Below the pieces are notes generated by a model that was given only the letters and a program-made list of their open reading frames with translations, was not told the origin of the DNA and ran no database searches. Positions 37,952 through 47,344 of a stretch of DNA of 64,000 bases are shown in pieces (position 1 is the first letter of the stretch; each line of letters starts with the position of its first letter). A program made the position numbers and the translations under genes. The stretch is from a bacterium. Its GTDB lineage: Bacteria; Patescibacteriota; Dojkabacteria; GCA-016699595. Where the stretch lies: positions 507,962 to 571,961 of the forward strand of contig CP064982.1 of the NCBI GenBank assembly GCA_016699595.1. Reading direction: 5' to 3'.

Positions 37952-38287
37952 CTATATGATTATATTATTTTGCCTAACACTTTCTACTAATGCCTTCACT
38001 CTTCCATGATACTTGTAGCCACTTCTATCAAATGTAACTTTTTCAATTTCATTATCCTTCATCATTTTCGAAACCAAAAGTCCAACCTCATTCGCATCTT
38101 CAATCTTGTTCTTATTTTTTAGTTTAAGACTACTTGCAGAAAACAATACCTTACCTTTGTTATCATGTACATAACCATAGATATGCTTATTAGACCTAAA
38201 GACTGACAAAACATACCCAGTTACTTCTCTTTGAAGCCTAGATCTTATACTTAGTTTTCTTTTTTGATGCTTTATCCTTTTACTCAT
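37952..38287 (-). CDS. rplR: 50S ribosomal protein L18
   Basis: uL18 family sequence, conserved position. Confidence 0.9.
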   Translation of the reverse strand: MSKRIKHQKRKLSIRSRLQREVTGYVLSVFRSNKHIYGYVHDNKGKVLFSASSLKLKNKNKIEDANEVGLLVSKMMKDNEIEKVTFDRSGYKYHGRVKALVESVRQNNIII

Positions 38288-38303
38288 TATTTTATAAAAA
38301 ATT

Positions 38304-38864
38304 CTACTTACTACCCGCGGTCTTTCCTTGCTTTCTTCTAACTACTTCACCTGCATATCTTATACCCTTTCCTTTATAAGGTTCCGGCTTCCTCACTTTA
38401 CGAATTTTTGCGGCATATTCTGTAACCTTTTGTTTGTCGATCCCACTTATAGTAATGTTTACCGGATCTTTCAATTCAAAATTGATATCAGCTGGTGCTT
38501 CTATGATTATGGGATGTGAATAACCAACTTTCAAACTTAATTTATTGCCATTCAATTCTGCCTTGTAGCCAATTCCTTGAATCTCCAATTTCTTTTCATA
38601 ACCTTGAGTGACTCCAATGACAGCATTATTTACTATAGATCTATACAATCCATGATAAGCTCTAAGTTGCTTTTCATCACTATCTCTATCAAAAACTATT
38701 TCTTCATTAACTACTTGAAATGTTATACCCGGCTGCATATCAATTCTCAAATCGCCTCGTGGACCGCTCACCAATACACTAATCCCACCATATATATTAT
38801 TGTTTTCTGTTTTTATTTCCACTCCTGCTGGTACTTTTACAGGAGCCTTTCCAATCTTTGACAT
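38304..38864 (-). CDS. rplF: 50S ribosomal protein L6
   Basis: uL6 family sequence, conserved position. Confidence 0.95.
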   Translation of the reverse strand: MSKIGKAPVKVPAGVEIKTENNNIYGGISVLVSGPRGDLRIDMQPGITFQVVNEEIVFDRDSDEKQLRAYHGLYRSIVNNAVIGVTQGYEKKLEIQGIGYKAELNGNKLSLKVGYSHPIIIEAPADINFELKDPVNITISGIDKQKVTEYAAKIRKVRKPEPYKGKGIRYAGEVVRRKQGKTAGSK

Positions 38865-38872
38865 AGTATTGA

Positions 38873-39268
38873 TTAATAAATTTCACACAAAATTTCTCCA
38901 CCTAATCTCTGCCTGTATGCATCTTCACCAGTCATTACGCCTTTGGTAGTCGAAATAATACTTACACCTCTTCCACCCAAAACTTTTTTGATACTTTTGT
39001 AACCTGTATAAACTCTTACACCTGATTTTGAAATTCTTTTCACTTCTGAAATAGCTGGAGCACCTTCAATACTTGATATCTTTGCTTTGATAGTTTTGGC
39101 ATTTTTGATTTTAGGATTGTCAGAAACTTCTACTGACTCCAGAAAACCTCTCTCCTTTAAAACTATTGCAACATTTTCTACAAGGTTTGAATGATTTACA
39201 GTTATTTCATACTTTCCTGCAGTTCCTATGTTTTTAAGTGAACTTAAAAAGTTCGATAAATTATCCAT
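38873..39268 (-). CDS. rpsH: 30S ribosomal protein S8
   Basis: uS8 family sequence, conserved position. Confidence 0.95.
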   Translation of the reverse strand: MDNLSNFLSSLKNIGTAGKYEITVNHSNLVENVAIVLKERGFLESVEVSDNPKIKNAKTIKAKISSIEGAPAISEVKRISKSGVRVYTGYKSIKKVLGGRGVSIISTTKGVMTGEDAYRQRLGGEILCEIY

Positions 39269-39272
39269 AAAT

Positions 39273-39470
39273 TTACCAAGTCGCTTTTGTTACGCCGGGA
39301 ATTTCACCATTAAAAGAAAGCTTTCTCAGGCATATTCTACAAACTCCAAATTGTCGAAAGTAAGCACCAGATCTACCACAAATATTACATCTATTATAAT
39401 TTCTTGTAGAATACTTGCCCTTACCTGCCTTATTCATTTTTGCTTTGTATTCTTTAGCAACAGTACTCAT
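39273..39470 (-). CDS. rpsN: 30S ribosomal protein S14, zinc-binding type Z
   Basis: 65 aa; [20 protein letters not shown] zinc-ribbon motif. Confidence 0.95.
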   Translation of the reverse strand: MSTVAKEYKAKMNKAGKGKYSTRNYNRCNICGRSGAYFRQFGVCRICLRKLSFNGEIPGVTKATW

Positions 39471-39472
39471 GT

Positions 39473-40030
39473 TTATATATTAGTTTTAACAAATGGCATT
39501 CCTAACATTTCTAGTAATTTTAGTGATTTCTCTGGATCAGAATTTTTTATAACTATTGTCACTTCAAAACCTCTAAGTTTGTCTAGTTTAGTGCCATCAA
39601 CTTCAGGAAATACAGTTTGTTCTTTGAATCCTAAAGTAAAATTTCCTGCTTTATCAAACTTCTTAGGTAGACCTCTAAAATCCTTTACTCTAGGTAGAGC
39701 AACATTCATAGTCCTATCTAGAAAGTCCCACATTTTATCCTTTCTCAAAGTAACCATACATCCTATTTTCGCACCCTTTCTTAAAGAAAAATTTGAAATA
39801 TCAACTCTAGCCTTAGTCAATACTGGAGCCTGCCCAGTCATTTCTTTGATAGCATCAATTGTATTTTCCAAAGCATTAGCATTTTTCAAAGCCTCACCTA
39901 ATCCGAAATTTACTACCACCTTTTCAATCCTTGGTAGTCCCAAAAGATTTTTTATTTCCAATTCACTTGCCAATTTCTTTGCTATTTCTTTTTTATATTT
40001 ATCTTGCAAATTAGTCATTCTTTTTTTCAC
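39473..40030 (-). CDS. rplE: 50S ribosomal protein L5
   Basis: uL5 family sequence; start may be an internal Met (20-nt overlap with rplX). Confidence 0.95.
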   Translation of the reverse strand: MKKRMTNLQDKYKKEIAKKLASELEIKNLLGLPRIEKVVVNFGLGEALKNANALENTIDAIKEMTGQAPVLTKARVDISNFSLRKGAKIGCMVTLRKDKMWDFLDRTMNVALPRVKDFRGLPKKFDKAGNFTLGFKEQTVFPEVDGTKLDKLRGFEVTIVIKNSDPEKSLKLLEMLGMPFVKTNI

Positions 40031-40325
40031 TTGAAGATGCTAATGTTTTTCGCTTTACATTTTCTTTTTTAATCTTCACTGACTTGCTCTTTTCATCTTC
40101 AATATAATCTGTCAAAACAACATTTGAATGATGGATTTTCCCTTCAACTTTAAACAATCCACCTGCAAAGCCTAGTGTTTTGTTTGGCTTAGCATGCCTT
40201 GTTTTCATATTGATTCCCTCAACCCATAAATATTGTTTGTCCTTGCTCATTTTCAATATCTTTCCGGACTTACCTTTATCATCACCACAAATTATTTTTA
40301 CTTTTTGATCTTTTTTTAAATTCAT
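40011..40325 (-). CDS. rplX: 50S ribosomal protein L24
   Basis: KOW-domain sequence KVKIICGDDKGKSGKIL. Confidence 0.9.
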   Translation of the reverse strand: MNLKKDQKVKIICGDDKGKSGKILKMSKDKQYLWVEGINMKTRHAKPNKTLGFAGGLFKVEGKIHHSNVVLTDYIEDEKSKSVKIKKENVKRKTLASSSEKKND

Positions 40326-40340
40326 ATGTTTATTAATCTA

Positions 40341-40724
40341 TTACAATACTTCTGGAGCGAGAGAGATAATTTTGTTGAAACCCTTCGCTTTCAACTCTCT
40401 TGCAATTGGTCCAAATACTCTAGTCCCTTTTGGATCTCTATTTTTCATATCAATTATTACAGCAGCATTATCGTCAAATCGAATATAAGTTCCATCCTTT
40501 CTTCTTTGTTCTTTCTTTGTTCTGACAATAACTATATGGCATTTATCACCATCCTTAAATTGACCATTAGGCTTAACCTTCGTTACAGCTGCCGAACAAA
40601 TATCTCCAATCCTTGCATACCTATGCCATTTACCACCCTTTAACCCACCTCTTACCTGTATAATCATAGCTTCCTTAGCTCCTGAATTATCTGCAATTGT
40701 TACATGAGATTTAGATTGTAACAT
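40341..40724 (-). CDS. rplN: 50S ribosomal protein L14
   Basis: [25 protein letters not shown]-terminus. Confidence 0.95.
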   Translation of the reverse strand: MLQSKSHVTIADNSGAKEAMIIQVRGGLKGGKWHRYARIGDICSAAVTKVKPNGQFKDGDKCHIVIVRTKKEQRRKDGTYIRFDDNAAVIIDMKNRDPKGTRVFGPIARELKAKGFNKIISLAPEVL

Positions 40725-40729
40725 ACTTT

Positions 40730-40981
40730 TTAATTTACTAATTTATGTGCGACCCTTTTAGACAAAGGTCTAATCGAAACCATATTTACAACATCACCAA
40801 CTTTAGGATTCAAGTCTGATTTTGATACTAAATACTTTTTTGATTTTCTTAATATTTTTTTGTATTTTGAATGTGCAAAGCTTCGCGTTACTTTCACAGA
40901 AACTGTGCCTTCCATCTTGTCTGAAACTACTATCCCAACAATTTTCTTTTTTGCTTTTATATTCTTATCCATAAATAACAT
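40730..40981 (-). CDS. rpsQ: 30S ribosomal protein S17
   Basis: [18 protein letters not shown]...IRPLSKRV; start abuts the rplP stop, leaving no L29 gene. Confidence 0.9.
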   Translation of the reverse strand: MLFMDKNIKAKKKIVGIVVSDKMEGTVSVKVTRSFAHSKYKKILRKSKKYLVSKSDLNPKVGDVVNMVSIRPLSKRVAHKLVN

Positions 40982-41400
40982 TAAACTTCAGATTCTGATT
41001 TGATCAAAAATCTTACATGAATAGGTAACTTTTTTGCTGCCTTTTCCAAAGCAGTTTTTGCAATCTCCTTACTAACACCACTAAGCTCAAATATAACTCT
41101 ACCTGGCTTCACTATTGCAACATAATGATCAATATCACCTTTGCCTGAGCCCATTCTTGTTTCAGCTGGCTTTTTTGTAATTGGCTTATCTGGGAATATT
41201 CTTAACCATAATTTCCCCTTTCTTTGAGTTTCCCTAACTATAACTCTTCTAGCAGCTTCAATCTGGTTTGGAGTAATCCTACATCTTTCTAACGCTTGAA
41301 TGCCATAATTCCCAACTGTCAAGGAATTACCAGAAAAAGCAAGCCCTCCCATTCTTCCTTTCATTTGCTTCCTGTATTTTGTTCTTGCTGGTTGTAACAT
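40981..41400 (-). CDS. rplP: 50S ribosomal protein L16
   Basis: [20 protein letters not shown]-terminus. Confidence 0.95.
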   Translation of the reverse strand: MLQPARTKYRKQMKGRMGGLAFSGNSLTVGNYGIQALERCRITPNQIEAARRVIVRETQRKGKLWLRIFPDKPITKKPAETRMGSGKGDIDHYVAIVKPGRVIFELSGVSKEIAKTALEKAAKKLPIHVRFLIKSESEV

Positions 41401-41413
41401 AAATCTTAGTCAA

Positions 41414-42055
41414 TTATTTCTCCAATTTATCTTCTTTGTATATCCAAACTTTTATACCATGCAATCCTGCATTAGGAACCCTGACATTATACAAATGATA
41501 GTCTACATTGGCTTTCAGAGTTTGCAAAGGAACAGATCCAAAAGATACCTTTTCCGTTCTAGCAATTTCAGTACCTCTTATGCGACCTGAAACTGATATT
41601 TTTGCACCCCTTACACTAGGTATTGCCTTCATTTTTAGAAGCTCTCTTTGCATAGCTTGTTTTGGAGAAACCCTCCTTTTGCATTGATCTGCAACCATAT
41701 AAGCAACAATAGCTGCTTGAGATTCGGGATTCTTTGATTCAATAATTTTCACATCTACTTTTACTTTCAACAGTTTCGCCAAATCTTTCTTTAAATCTTC
41801 TATCGCTTTGCCACCTCTACCTATAACTACACCTGGTCTAGCCACAGTTACATCTATTTGTATATCATTTATATTCCTATAAATAAATATTGATTCAATT
41901 CCGGAAGAATCAAGTTTCTTTTCAATAAATCTTCTTACTTTGTTGTCCTCAGCCAAATTCTTCGCAAAATCAAGTTTTGTCTTTGAAAACCAACTACTTG
42001 AATGTGTTTTATTTACTCCCAATCGCAAAACAATTGGATTAGTTTTGTGTCCCAT
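41414..42055 (-). CDS. rpsC: 30S ribosomal protein S3
   Basis: MGHKTNPIVLRLG N-terminus, KH domain. Confidence 0.95.
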   Translation of the reverse strand: MGHKTNPIVLRLGVNKTHSSSWFSKTKLDFAKNLAEDNKVRRFIEKKLDSSGIESIFIYRNINDIQIDVTVARPGVVIGRGGKAIEDLKKDLAKLLKVKVDVKIIESKNPESQAAIVAYMVADQCKRRVSPKQAMQRELLKMKAIPSVRGAKISVSGRIRGTEIARTEKVSFGSVPLQTLKANVDYHLYNVRVPNAGLHGIKVWIYKEDKLEK

Positions 42056-42398
42056 TAATTTCTTCTAAAACTACAGTTATATGAGAAGATCTTTTCAATA
42101 TCTCACGAACACCGTGTCTTGATGCAATTCTAGCTCTTTTCAATGTTGGTGCTTCATCAACCATTATCTTGCTTACAACCAAACTATTCACTGATAAACC
42201 AGCTACTTTGGCATTCGCCACTGCACTACTTATTGTTTTATAAACAGATTTTGAACCTGATCTATTTACAAATTTTAAAGCATCCAATACATCCAAAGCA
42301 TTTTGCATTCGAACCATATCTGCAACCAACCTAGTTTTTTGAACTGAAATACCTGTATACTTGTTTTTTGCTATTGCAAATTTTTTCGTCATTGCCAA
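42039..42398 (-). CDS. rplV: 50S ribosomal protein L22
   Basis: uL22 family sequence, conserved position. Confidence 0.9.
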   Translation of the reverse strand: MAMTKKFAIAKNKYTGISVQKTRLVADMVRMQNALDVLDALKFVNRSGSKSVYKTISSAVANAKVAGLSVNSLVVSKIMVDEAPTLKRARIASRHGVREILKRSSHITVVLEEINGTQN

Positions 42399-42407
42399 TA
42401 AATATGT

Positions 42408-42713
42408 CTATTTAGCTAAAGAACCTGAACTCCCGGTAGCTTTAGCGATTTTACCTTTCTTGCTATGACCATTAAACTTTCTAGTCAAAGAAAATTCACC
42501 CAATCTGTGTCCAATCATAGATTCAGTAATAAAAACAGGAATGAAATCTTTCCCGTTATGTACCTCCATAGTAAATCCAACCATTTCTGGAGAGATCTGA
42601 GAAGCTCTCGCCCATGTCTTAAAATATTTCTTCCCATTAGTTTCTAGTATCTTATCAACCTTTTTTTGAACTCTTGGATCTATATAAGGTCCCTTTTTCA
42701 ATGATCTTGACAT
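42408..42713 (-). CDS. rpsS: 30S ribosomal protein S19
   Basis: [14 protein letters not shown]-terminus. Confidence 0.95.
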   Translation of the reverse strand: MSRSLKKGPYIDPRVQKKVDKILETNGKKYFKTWARASQISPEMVGFTMEVHNGKDFIPVFITESMIGHRLGEFSLTRKFNGHSKKGKIAKATGSSGSLAK

Positions 42714-42725
42714 AATATTGTACTT

Positions 42726-43568
42726 TTAAACTAAAGCCTTTTTACTATTTCGCCCTCTTAAAATAAATTTTTGTGTTCTCTTGTTGTTTCTAGTCTTAGC
42801 AAATCTCTTATTCCCCCATGGATCAACAGCTGGACCACCCGTTCCGTGCCTACCAGCCTTTCCTTGACCTCCTCCATGTGGATGTGATCTTGGATGCTGA
42901 GCTACACCTCTAACAATCGGTCTGAAACCTTTGTGTCGGAGCGTACCAGCCTTACCAAACTTCTGATTCATGTTATCAAGGTTTGAAAGCTGACCTATTG
43001 TAGCATAATTTTTCGATAAAACAAGTCTAACTTCACCTGATGGTAACTTAATTTGTGTATAATTTTCTTTTTGCCCCATTACAACTGCACTAGTTCCAGC
43101 TGACCTAACTAATCCACCATCTCTATTTTCATCTATAATTATATTATGCACAGCAGTACCAGATGGAATATTTGCAAGCCTCATAGCATTACCAACAAGC
43201 ACTGGTGTTGTTTCAGCAGATAATACTTGATCTCCAACCTTTACGCCATTTGGATTTAATATATAGGACTTTTTACCATTTGGATAAAAAACTAAACTAA
43301 TATAACAAGATCTATATGGATCATATTCAACAGTTTTTACCGTACCTGGCAAATCTCTGTCTAGTCTCCTGAAATCAATAAGTCTATACATTCTATCTGC
43401 CCTCGTTCCTCGACCACGCACAGTTATTTTACCTCTCCCACTCCTAGCAAGCCTTGGATTTAATTTCTTTAATAAAGATTTTTCTGGAGTATCTGTCGTC
43501 AAATCTACATGCTTTACCCTTACTTGATGCCTTCTTGTTTGTGTTGTGGCTTTATGATGCGTTAACAT
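42726..43568 (-). CDS. rplB: 50S ribosomal protein L2
   Basis: Conserved C-terminal GGGQGKAGRHGTGGPAVDPWG region. Confidence 0.95.
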   Translation of the reverse strand: MLTHHKATTQTRRHQVRVKHVDLTTDTPEKSLLKKLNPRLARSGRGKITVRGRGTRADRMYRLIDFRRLDRDLPGTVKTVEYDPYRSCYISLVFYPNGKKSYILNPNGVKVGDQVLSAETTPVLVGNAMRLANIPSGTAVHNIIIDENRDGGLVRSAGTSAVVMGQKENYTQIKLPSGEVRLVLSKNYATIGQLSNLDNMNQKFGKAGTLRHKGFRPIVRGVAQHPRSHPHGGGQGKAGRHGTGGPAVDPWGNKRFAKTRNNKRTQKFILRGRNSKKALV

Positions 43569-43915
43569 TATATTGCAAAACCTTCAATACTATCACCCTT
43601 CGCTAGTTTCACTAAATATCGTTTTTTAGAATCTGTAATTCGGAAATTTCTAGTATTTCCAATTCGCTTTTTTTTACCTCTAATTGATACTGACCTTATA
43701 TCTACGACTTTCACCTTGTATAAATTAGCTATCTCTTTTCCAACAATTATTTTATTCGATCTTGACTTCGACGATTCTTTTTTGGTCACAACAAAACTAT
43801 AAATTCCGTCTTTTGCGAGCAATATTGATTTTTCATTTATTATAGGTTTCAAAAATTCTGAACCTTTATCAATATCTACTGCACCTGTTTTTTTTACTTG
43901 GTTTGCTTTTGCCAT
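43568..43915 (-). CDS. rplW: 50S ribosomal protein L23
   Basis: uL23 family sequence, conserved position. Confidence 0.9.
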   Translation of the reverse strand: MAKANQVKKTGAVDIDKGSEFLKPIINEKSILLAKDGIYSFVVTKKESSKSRSNKIIVGKEIANLYKVKVVDIRSVSIRGKKKRIGNTRNFRITDSKKRYLVKLAKGDSIEGFAI

Positions 43916-44529
43916 TAACTTTCGTATCTAGCCTCTAAGCTTTTGATTGACTCTTCAGTAAATATTACTTTACCATAATTTATAATGTCATAAACTGACA
44001 ATTCTGATAAATTTGCTACTTTATATCCCTTGAGATTTACGAAAGCTTTGTAAATCATAGGTTCATCACCACTTTGAACAATCAGTAATTTTTTGAAGTT
44101 CAATAACTTGATAAATTCATTAGCTTCCTTCGTTTTCGTAAAATCAAACTTATCCTTCGATACATACAACCCATCCGAACTAGCAACCATATTCAAAGCC
44201 GACAACATAGCAAGCAATCTTAACTTTTTCGACAATTTTCTTTTGTAATTCCTATCATTTTTAGGTCCAAACACTGTTCCACCACCTCGTAGCAATGGCG
44301 ATTTGACAGATCCTCTTCTAGCATTTCCAGTTCCTTTTTGCCTGTATAGTTTTCTAGTAGAGCCTGTAACATCTCCCCTATCTTTCGTATGTGCATTTGA
44401 CTCTCTTTGGTTCCCTAGATAAATCTTGACCGATAGTGCAACCAAGTCAACATTTGGTTCAATATCAAGAAATTTATAATCTTTTTGTTCAACTACTTTT
44501 CCTGTTTTGTTTAATACATTAACTTTCAT
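43915..44529 (-). CDS. rplD: 50S ribosomal protein L4
   Basis: uL4 family sequence, conserved position. Confidence 0.9.
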   Translation of the reverse strand: MKVNVLNKTGKVVEQKDYKFLDIEPNVDLVALSVKIYLGNQRESNAHTKDRGDVTGSTRKLYRQKGTGNARRGSVKSPLLRGGGTVFGPKNDRNYKRKLSKKLRLLAMLSALNMVASSDGLYVSKDKFDFTKTKEANEFIKLLNFKKLLIVQSGDEPMIYKAFVNLKGYKVANLSELSVYDIINYGKVIFTEESIKSLEARYES

Positions 44530-44531
44530 AA

Positions 44532-44912
44532 CTAAATTGCATTAATTGCATAATACAAATCATTAATACTAAGATTAAAAGCCTCAATAAAACTTTCACT
44601 TCCATCTTCTGTAGAACCTTCACTGATTTTAACTAAATCCTCATTTACAGTATCAATTTTATTTTTGATCTCAACAAAAAACACTTCACATTCTTCGTCA
44701 ACTTTCAAACTCAAAAACAATTTGTCTTCATAGTTTTGCGACAAAATTCTTTGATTTATGCCTAGCTTTACATCATTTACAGACCGACTCAAAATGTACC
44801 TACAATTTTCCTTATTCAGTACATTTTCAAACCTTTCAGTTTTTTCATAAAAAAAGAAAGATAAGACAAAACACAAAATAAGAAAAGCAAATGAAAAAAT
44901 AGCCTTCAACAT
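44532..44912 (-). CDS. Hypothetical small membrane-anchored protein embedded between rplC and rplD
   Basis: 126-aa ORF spaced 2-3 nt from both ribosomal genes; N-terminal hydrophobic segment AIFSFAFLILCFVLSFFFY; no recognisable family. Confidence 0.5.
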   Translation of the reverse strand: MLKAIFSFAFLILCFVLSFFFYEKTERFENVLNKENCRYILSRSVNDVKLGINQRILSQNYEDKLFLSLKVDEECEVFFVEIKNKIDTVNEDLVKISEGSTEDGSESFIEAFNLSINDLYYAINAI

Positions 44913-44915
44913 AAT

Positions 44916-45527
44916 TTATTGCTTTCTTGCCTTTTTCAAAAAAATATAAGAACCTTTCATTCCAGGAACAGCACCCTTTACAAGGATAATTTTATTTTCC
45001 CTATCATACTTAACTATTTGCAAATTTTTTACAGTCACTTGATGGTTACCAAATTTCTTAGGCATTCTTCGGCCCTTGTGTACATGTCCAAAAGTTTGAC
45101 CCTGAGCAATAGATCCTATCGACCTATGTTTTGTACTTTGTCCATGAGTTTTCGGTCCACCTTTAAAATGATATGCCCTAACTACACCTTGAAACCCTTT
45201 GCCTTTACTAGTACCTGTGACATCTACAATATCGCCTTCTGCAAGTTCTGAAGCATAATCATCACCAACATTCAAACCTTCAACAATTGTTCCAAATTCT
45301 TTAATATACTTATAGGATTTACCAATCCCAAATTGGTTTTTTTCTGGCTTATTTGAATTTTTCTTTACATCTTTACCAACAACAGTTGACTCGTAACCAT
45401 CAGTTTCTTTCGACTTAGCACCCAAAAAAATATTATCCGCCACATCTATTACAGTACAAGGCACAACATTCCCACCGTCTTCAAATATCTGAATCATATT
45501 CTTTTTTGTTCCTAAAATAAAATTCAT
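44916..45527 (-). CDS. rplC: 50S ribosomal protein L3
   Basis: uL3 family sequence, conserved position after rpsJ. Confidence 0.95.
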   Translation of the reverse strand: MNFILGTKKNMIQIFEDGGNVVPCTVIDVADNIFLGAKSKETDGYESTVVGKDVKKNSNKPEKNQFGIGKSYKYIKEFGTIVEGLNVGDDYASELAEGDIVDVTGTSKGKGFQGVVRAYHFKGGPKTHGQSTKHRSIGSIAQGQTFGHVHKGRRMPKKFGNHQVTVKNLQIVKYDRENKIILVKGAVPGMKGSYIFLKKARKQ

Positions 45528-45530
45528 TAT

Positions 45531-45830
45531 TTACTTAATTTCTATACCTACACCAGAAGGTGCTTGCATTTTTGTCAACGCATCTATAGTTTTAGCATTA
45601 TAGTCATTCAAAACCAGAAGTCTTTTATGCCTTATCAGCTGTACATGTTCCTTTGACCTAGCATCAATGTGAGGTCCCCTAAGTAAACAAAAAACGCTCC
45701 TTTTGTTTGGCAAAGGAATTGGACCTGAAAGCCTAGCTCCTGTTCTGAGTACATCTTCAACCAATTGAGAAATTACTTTATCAACTAGTTTTGAATCGTA
45801 TCCTGTTATAGTTATCTTTATGGGTGTCAT
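45531..45830 (-). CDS. rpsJ: 30S ribosomal protein S10
   Basis: 99 aa; uS10 family sequence. Confidence 0.95.
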   Translation of the reverse strand: MTPIKITITGYDSKLVDKVISQLVEDVLRTGARLSGPIPLPNKRSVFCLLRGPHIDARSKEHVQLIRHKRLLVLNDYNAKTIDALTKMQAPSGVGIEIK

Positions 45831-45835
45831 ACTTT

Positions 45836-45863
45836 AAAAATTGCTGCACTAGGGCAGCAATTT
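45836..45863 (-). terminator. Putative intrinsic terminator downstream of tuf
   Basis: Hairpin AAATTGCTGC-actagg-GCAGCAATTT; on the minus-strand transcript it is followed by a U-rich run. Confidence 0.45.
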
Positions 45864-45877
45864 ATTTAAGTTAATAT

Positions 45878-47077
45878 TTATTTAAGAACTTTGGTAACAA
45901 CTCCAGCACCAACTGTTCTACCACCTTCTCGAATTGCAAATTTCATTTTTTCTTCGACGACTACTGGAACTATCAACTTGATAGTCAAAGTTACATCATC
46001 ACCTGGCATAACCATCTCTGTACCTTGTGGCAAAAAAACTTCGCCTGTTATATCAGCAGTTCCTATATACAGTTGAGGCTTGTACCCTGCAAAGAATGAT
46101 GTGTGTCTACCACCTTCTTCTTTAGTCAATATATAAACTTGAGCTTCAAATTCCGTATGAACTTTCAAGGAACCTGGTTTACACAAAGTTTGACCTCTTT
46201 GAATCCTATCTTTATCAACACCTCTAAGCAAAAGTCCAACATTATCACCTGCTTGAGCCTCTTCCATTTGTTTATTAAACATTTCAACTCCAGTAACAAC
46301 TGATTTTTGGGAAGCTTCTCCCATACCCAAAATTTCCACTTCTTCTCCAACCTTTATTTTACCTTTATCTATTCTACCAGTTGCTACTGTACCCCTACCT
46401 GAGATAGAAAATACATCCTCAACTGACATTTTGAAAGGTAAGTCAATTTCTCGAACTGGTTCGTCTATCCATTCATCTAGCTTAATCAAGAGTTCCTCAA
46501 TTCCCTTTCTTGATTCTGCATCTTGGGGATTAGTCATAGCATTATAAGAATTTCCATAGACAACTGGAGTACCTTTCCCATCAAATTCATACTTCTCCAA
46601 AAGATCTCTGACCTCTTCTTCAATAAGAGCCAACATGTCTGGATCATCAGAACCTGGATATACATTGACATAAACAACAATCTTAGGAACACCAACCTGC
46701 TTAGCAAGTAAAAGATGCTCTCTTGTCTGAGGCATTGGGCCATCAGCAGAACTCACAACCAATATCGCTCCATCCATCTGAGCTGCACCAGTTATCATAT
46801 TCTTTATATAGTCAGCATGACCAGGACAATCAACATGAGCATAATGCCTATTTGCAGACTCGTATTCAACATGAGAAGTTGCAACAGTAACTATTTTTTT
46901 ACCATCGCCTCGAGTGATACCACCTTTAGCAATAGTAGCATAATCCTTTGCTTGAGCAGAGTAACCCAATGCTGCAGATACTTGCAAAAGAGCAGCAGTA
47001 GTTGTAGTTTTGCCATGGTCAACATGACCAATAGTACCAATGTTTAAATGAGGTTTGTTTCGAACAAATTGTGCCAT
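45878..47077 (-). CDS. tuf: Translation elongation factor Tu
   Basis: [15 protein letters not shown]1 motif, DCPGH, NKCD-type motifs; start placed at [10 protein letters not shown] Met (track ORF begins 47092). Confidence 0.97.
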   Translation of the reverse strand: MAQFVRNKPHLNIGTIGHVDHGKTTTTAALLQVSAALGYSAQAKDYATIAKGGITRGDGKKIVTVATSHVEYESANRHYAHVDCPGHADYIKNMITGAAQMDGAILVVSSADGPMPQTREHLLLAKQVGVPKIVVYVNVYPGSDDPDMLALIEEEVRDLLEKYEFDGKGTPVVYGNSYNAMTNPQDAESRKGIEELLIKLDEWIDEPVREIDLPFKMSVEDVFSISGRGTVATGRIDKGKIKVGEEVEILGMGEASQKSVVTGVEMFNKQMEEAQAGDNVGLLLRGVDKDRIQRGQTLCKPGSLKVHTEFEAQVYILTKEEGGRHTSFFAGYKPQLYIGTADITGEVFLPQGTEMVMPGDDVTLTIKLIVPVVVEEKMKFAIREGGRTVGAGVVTKVLK

Positions 47078-47344
47078 AAAAATAAAGTTCATTCCGCTAT
47101 TAACGGAATCAAAGAGCCTATCTTAAATTAATAACTTAGGCAGAATAAATATTTTCAAACAATTCTCAAATTCAGATCATCACCAGAAGAATTATTCAAT
47201 ATCAAAAGCTTATTCAATTGCAAAATCGATTATCACACAATGTTTTAAAATTTGCAAGCAAATTTTTACTAATTTTAAAACTAAATATGCTTTCCAACTT
47301 AAAAAACATTTCCAGTCTTTACAATACAATTGCAATAAATTCTT

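Noticed and set aside
39228-40034. 268-aa plus-strand ORF from the six-frame track
   Set aside because: Lies entirely antisense to rpsH, rpsN and rplE, and its translation is low-complexity S/F/L-rich; a typical shadow ORF in AT-rich DNA. The same applies to other antisense track ORFs such as 55409-55975 (opposite glyA), 31769-32209 (opposite rpoA), 36091-36468 (opposite secY), 2422-3130 (opposite clpC) and 47218-47439 (overlapping fusA).
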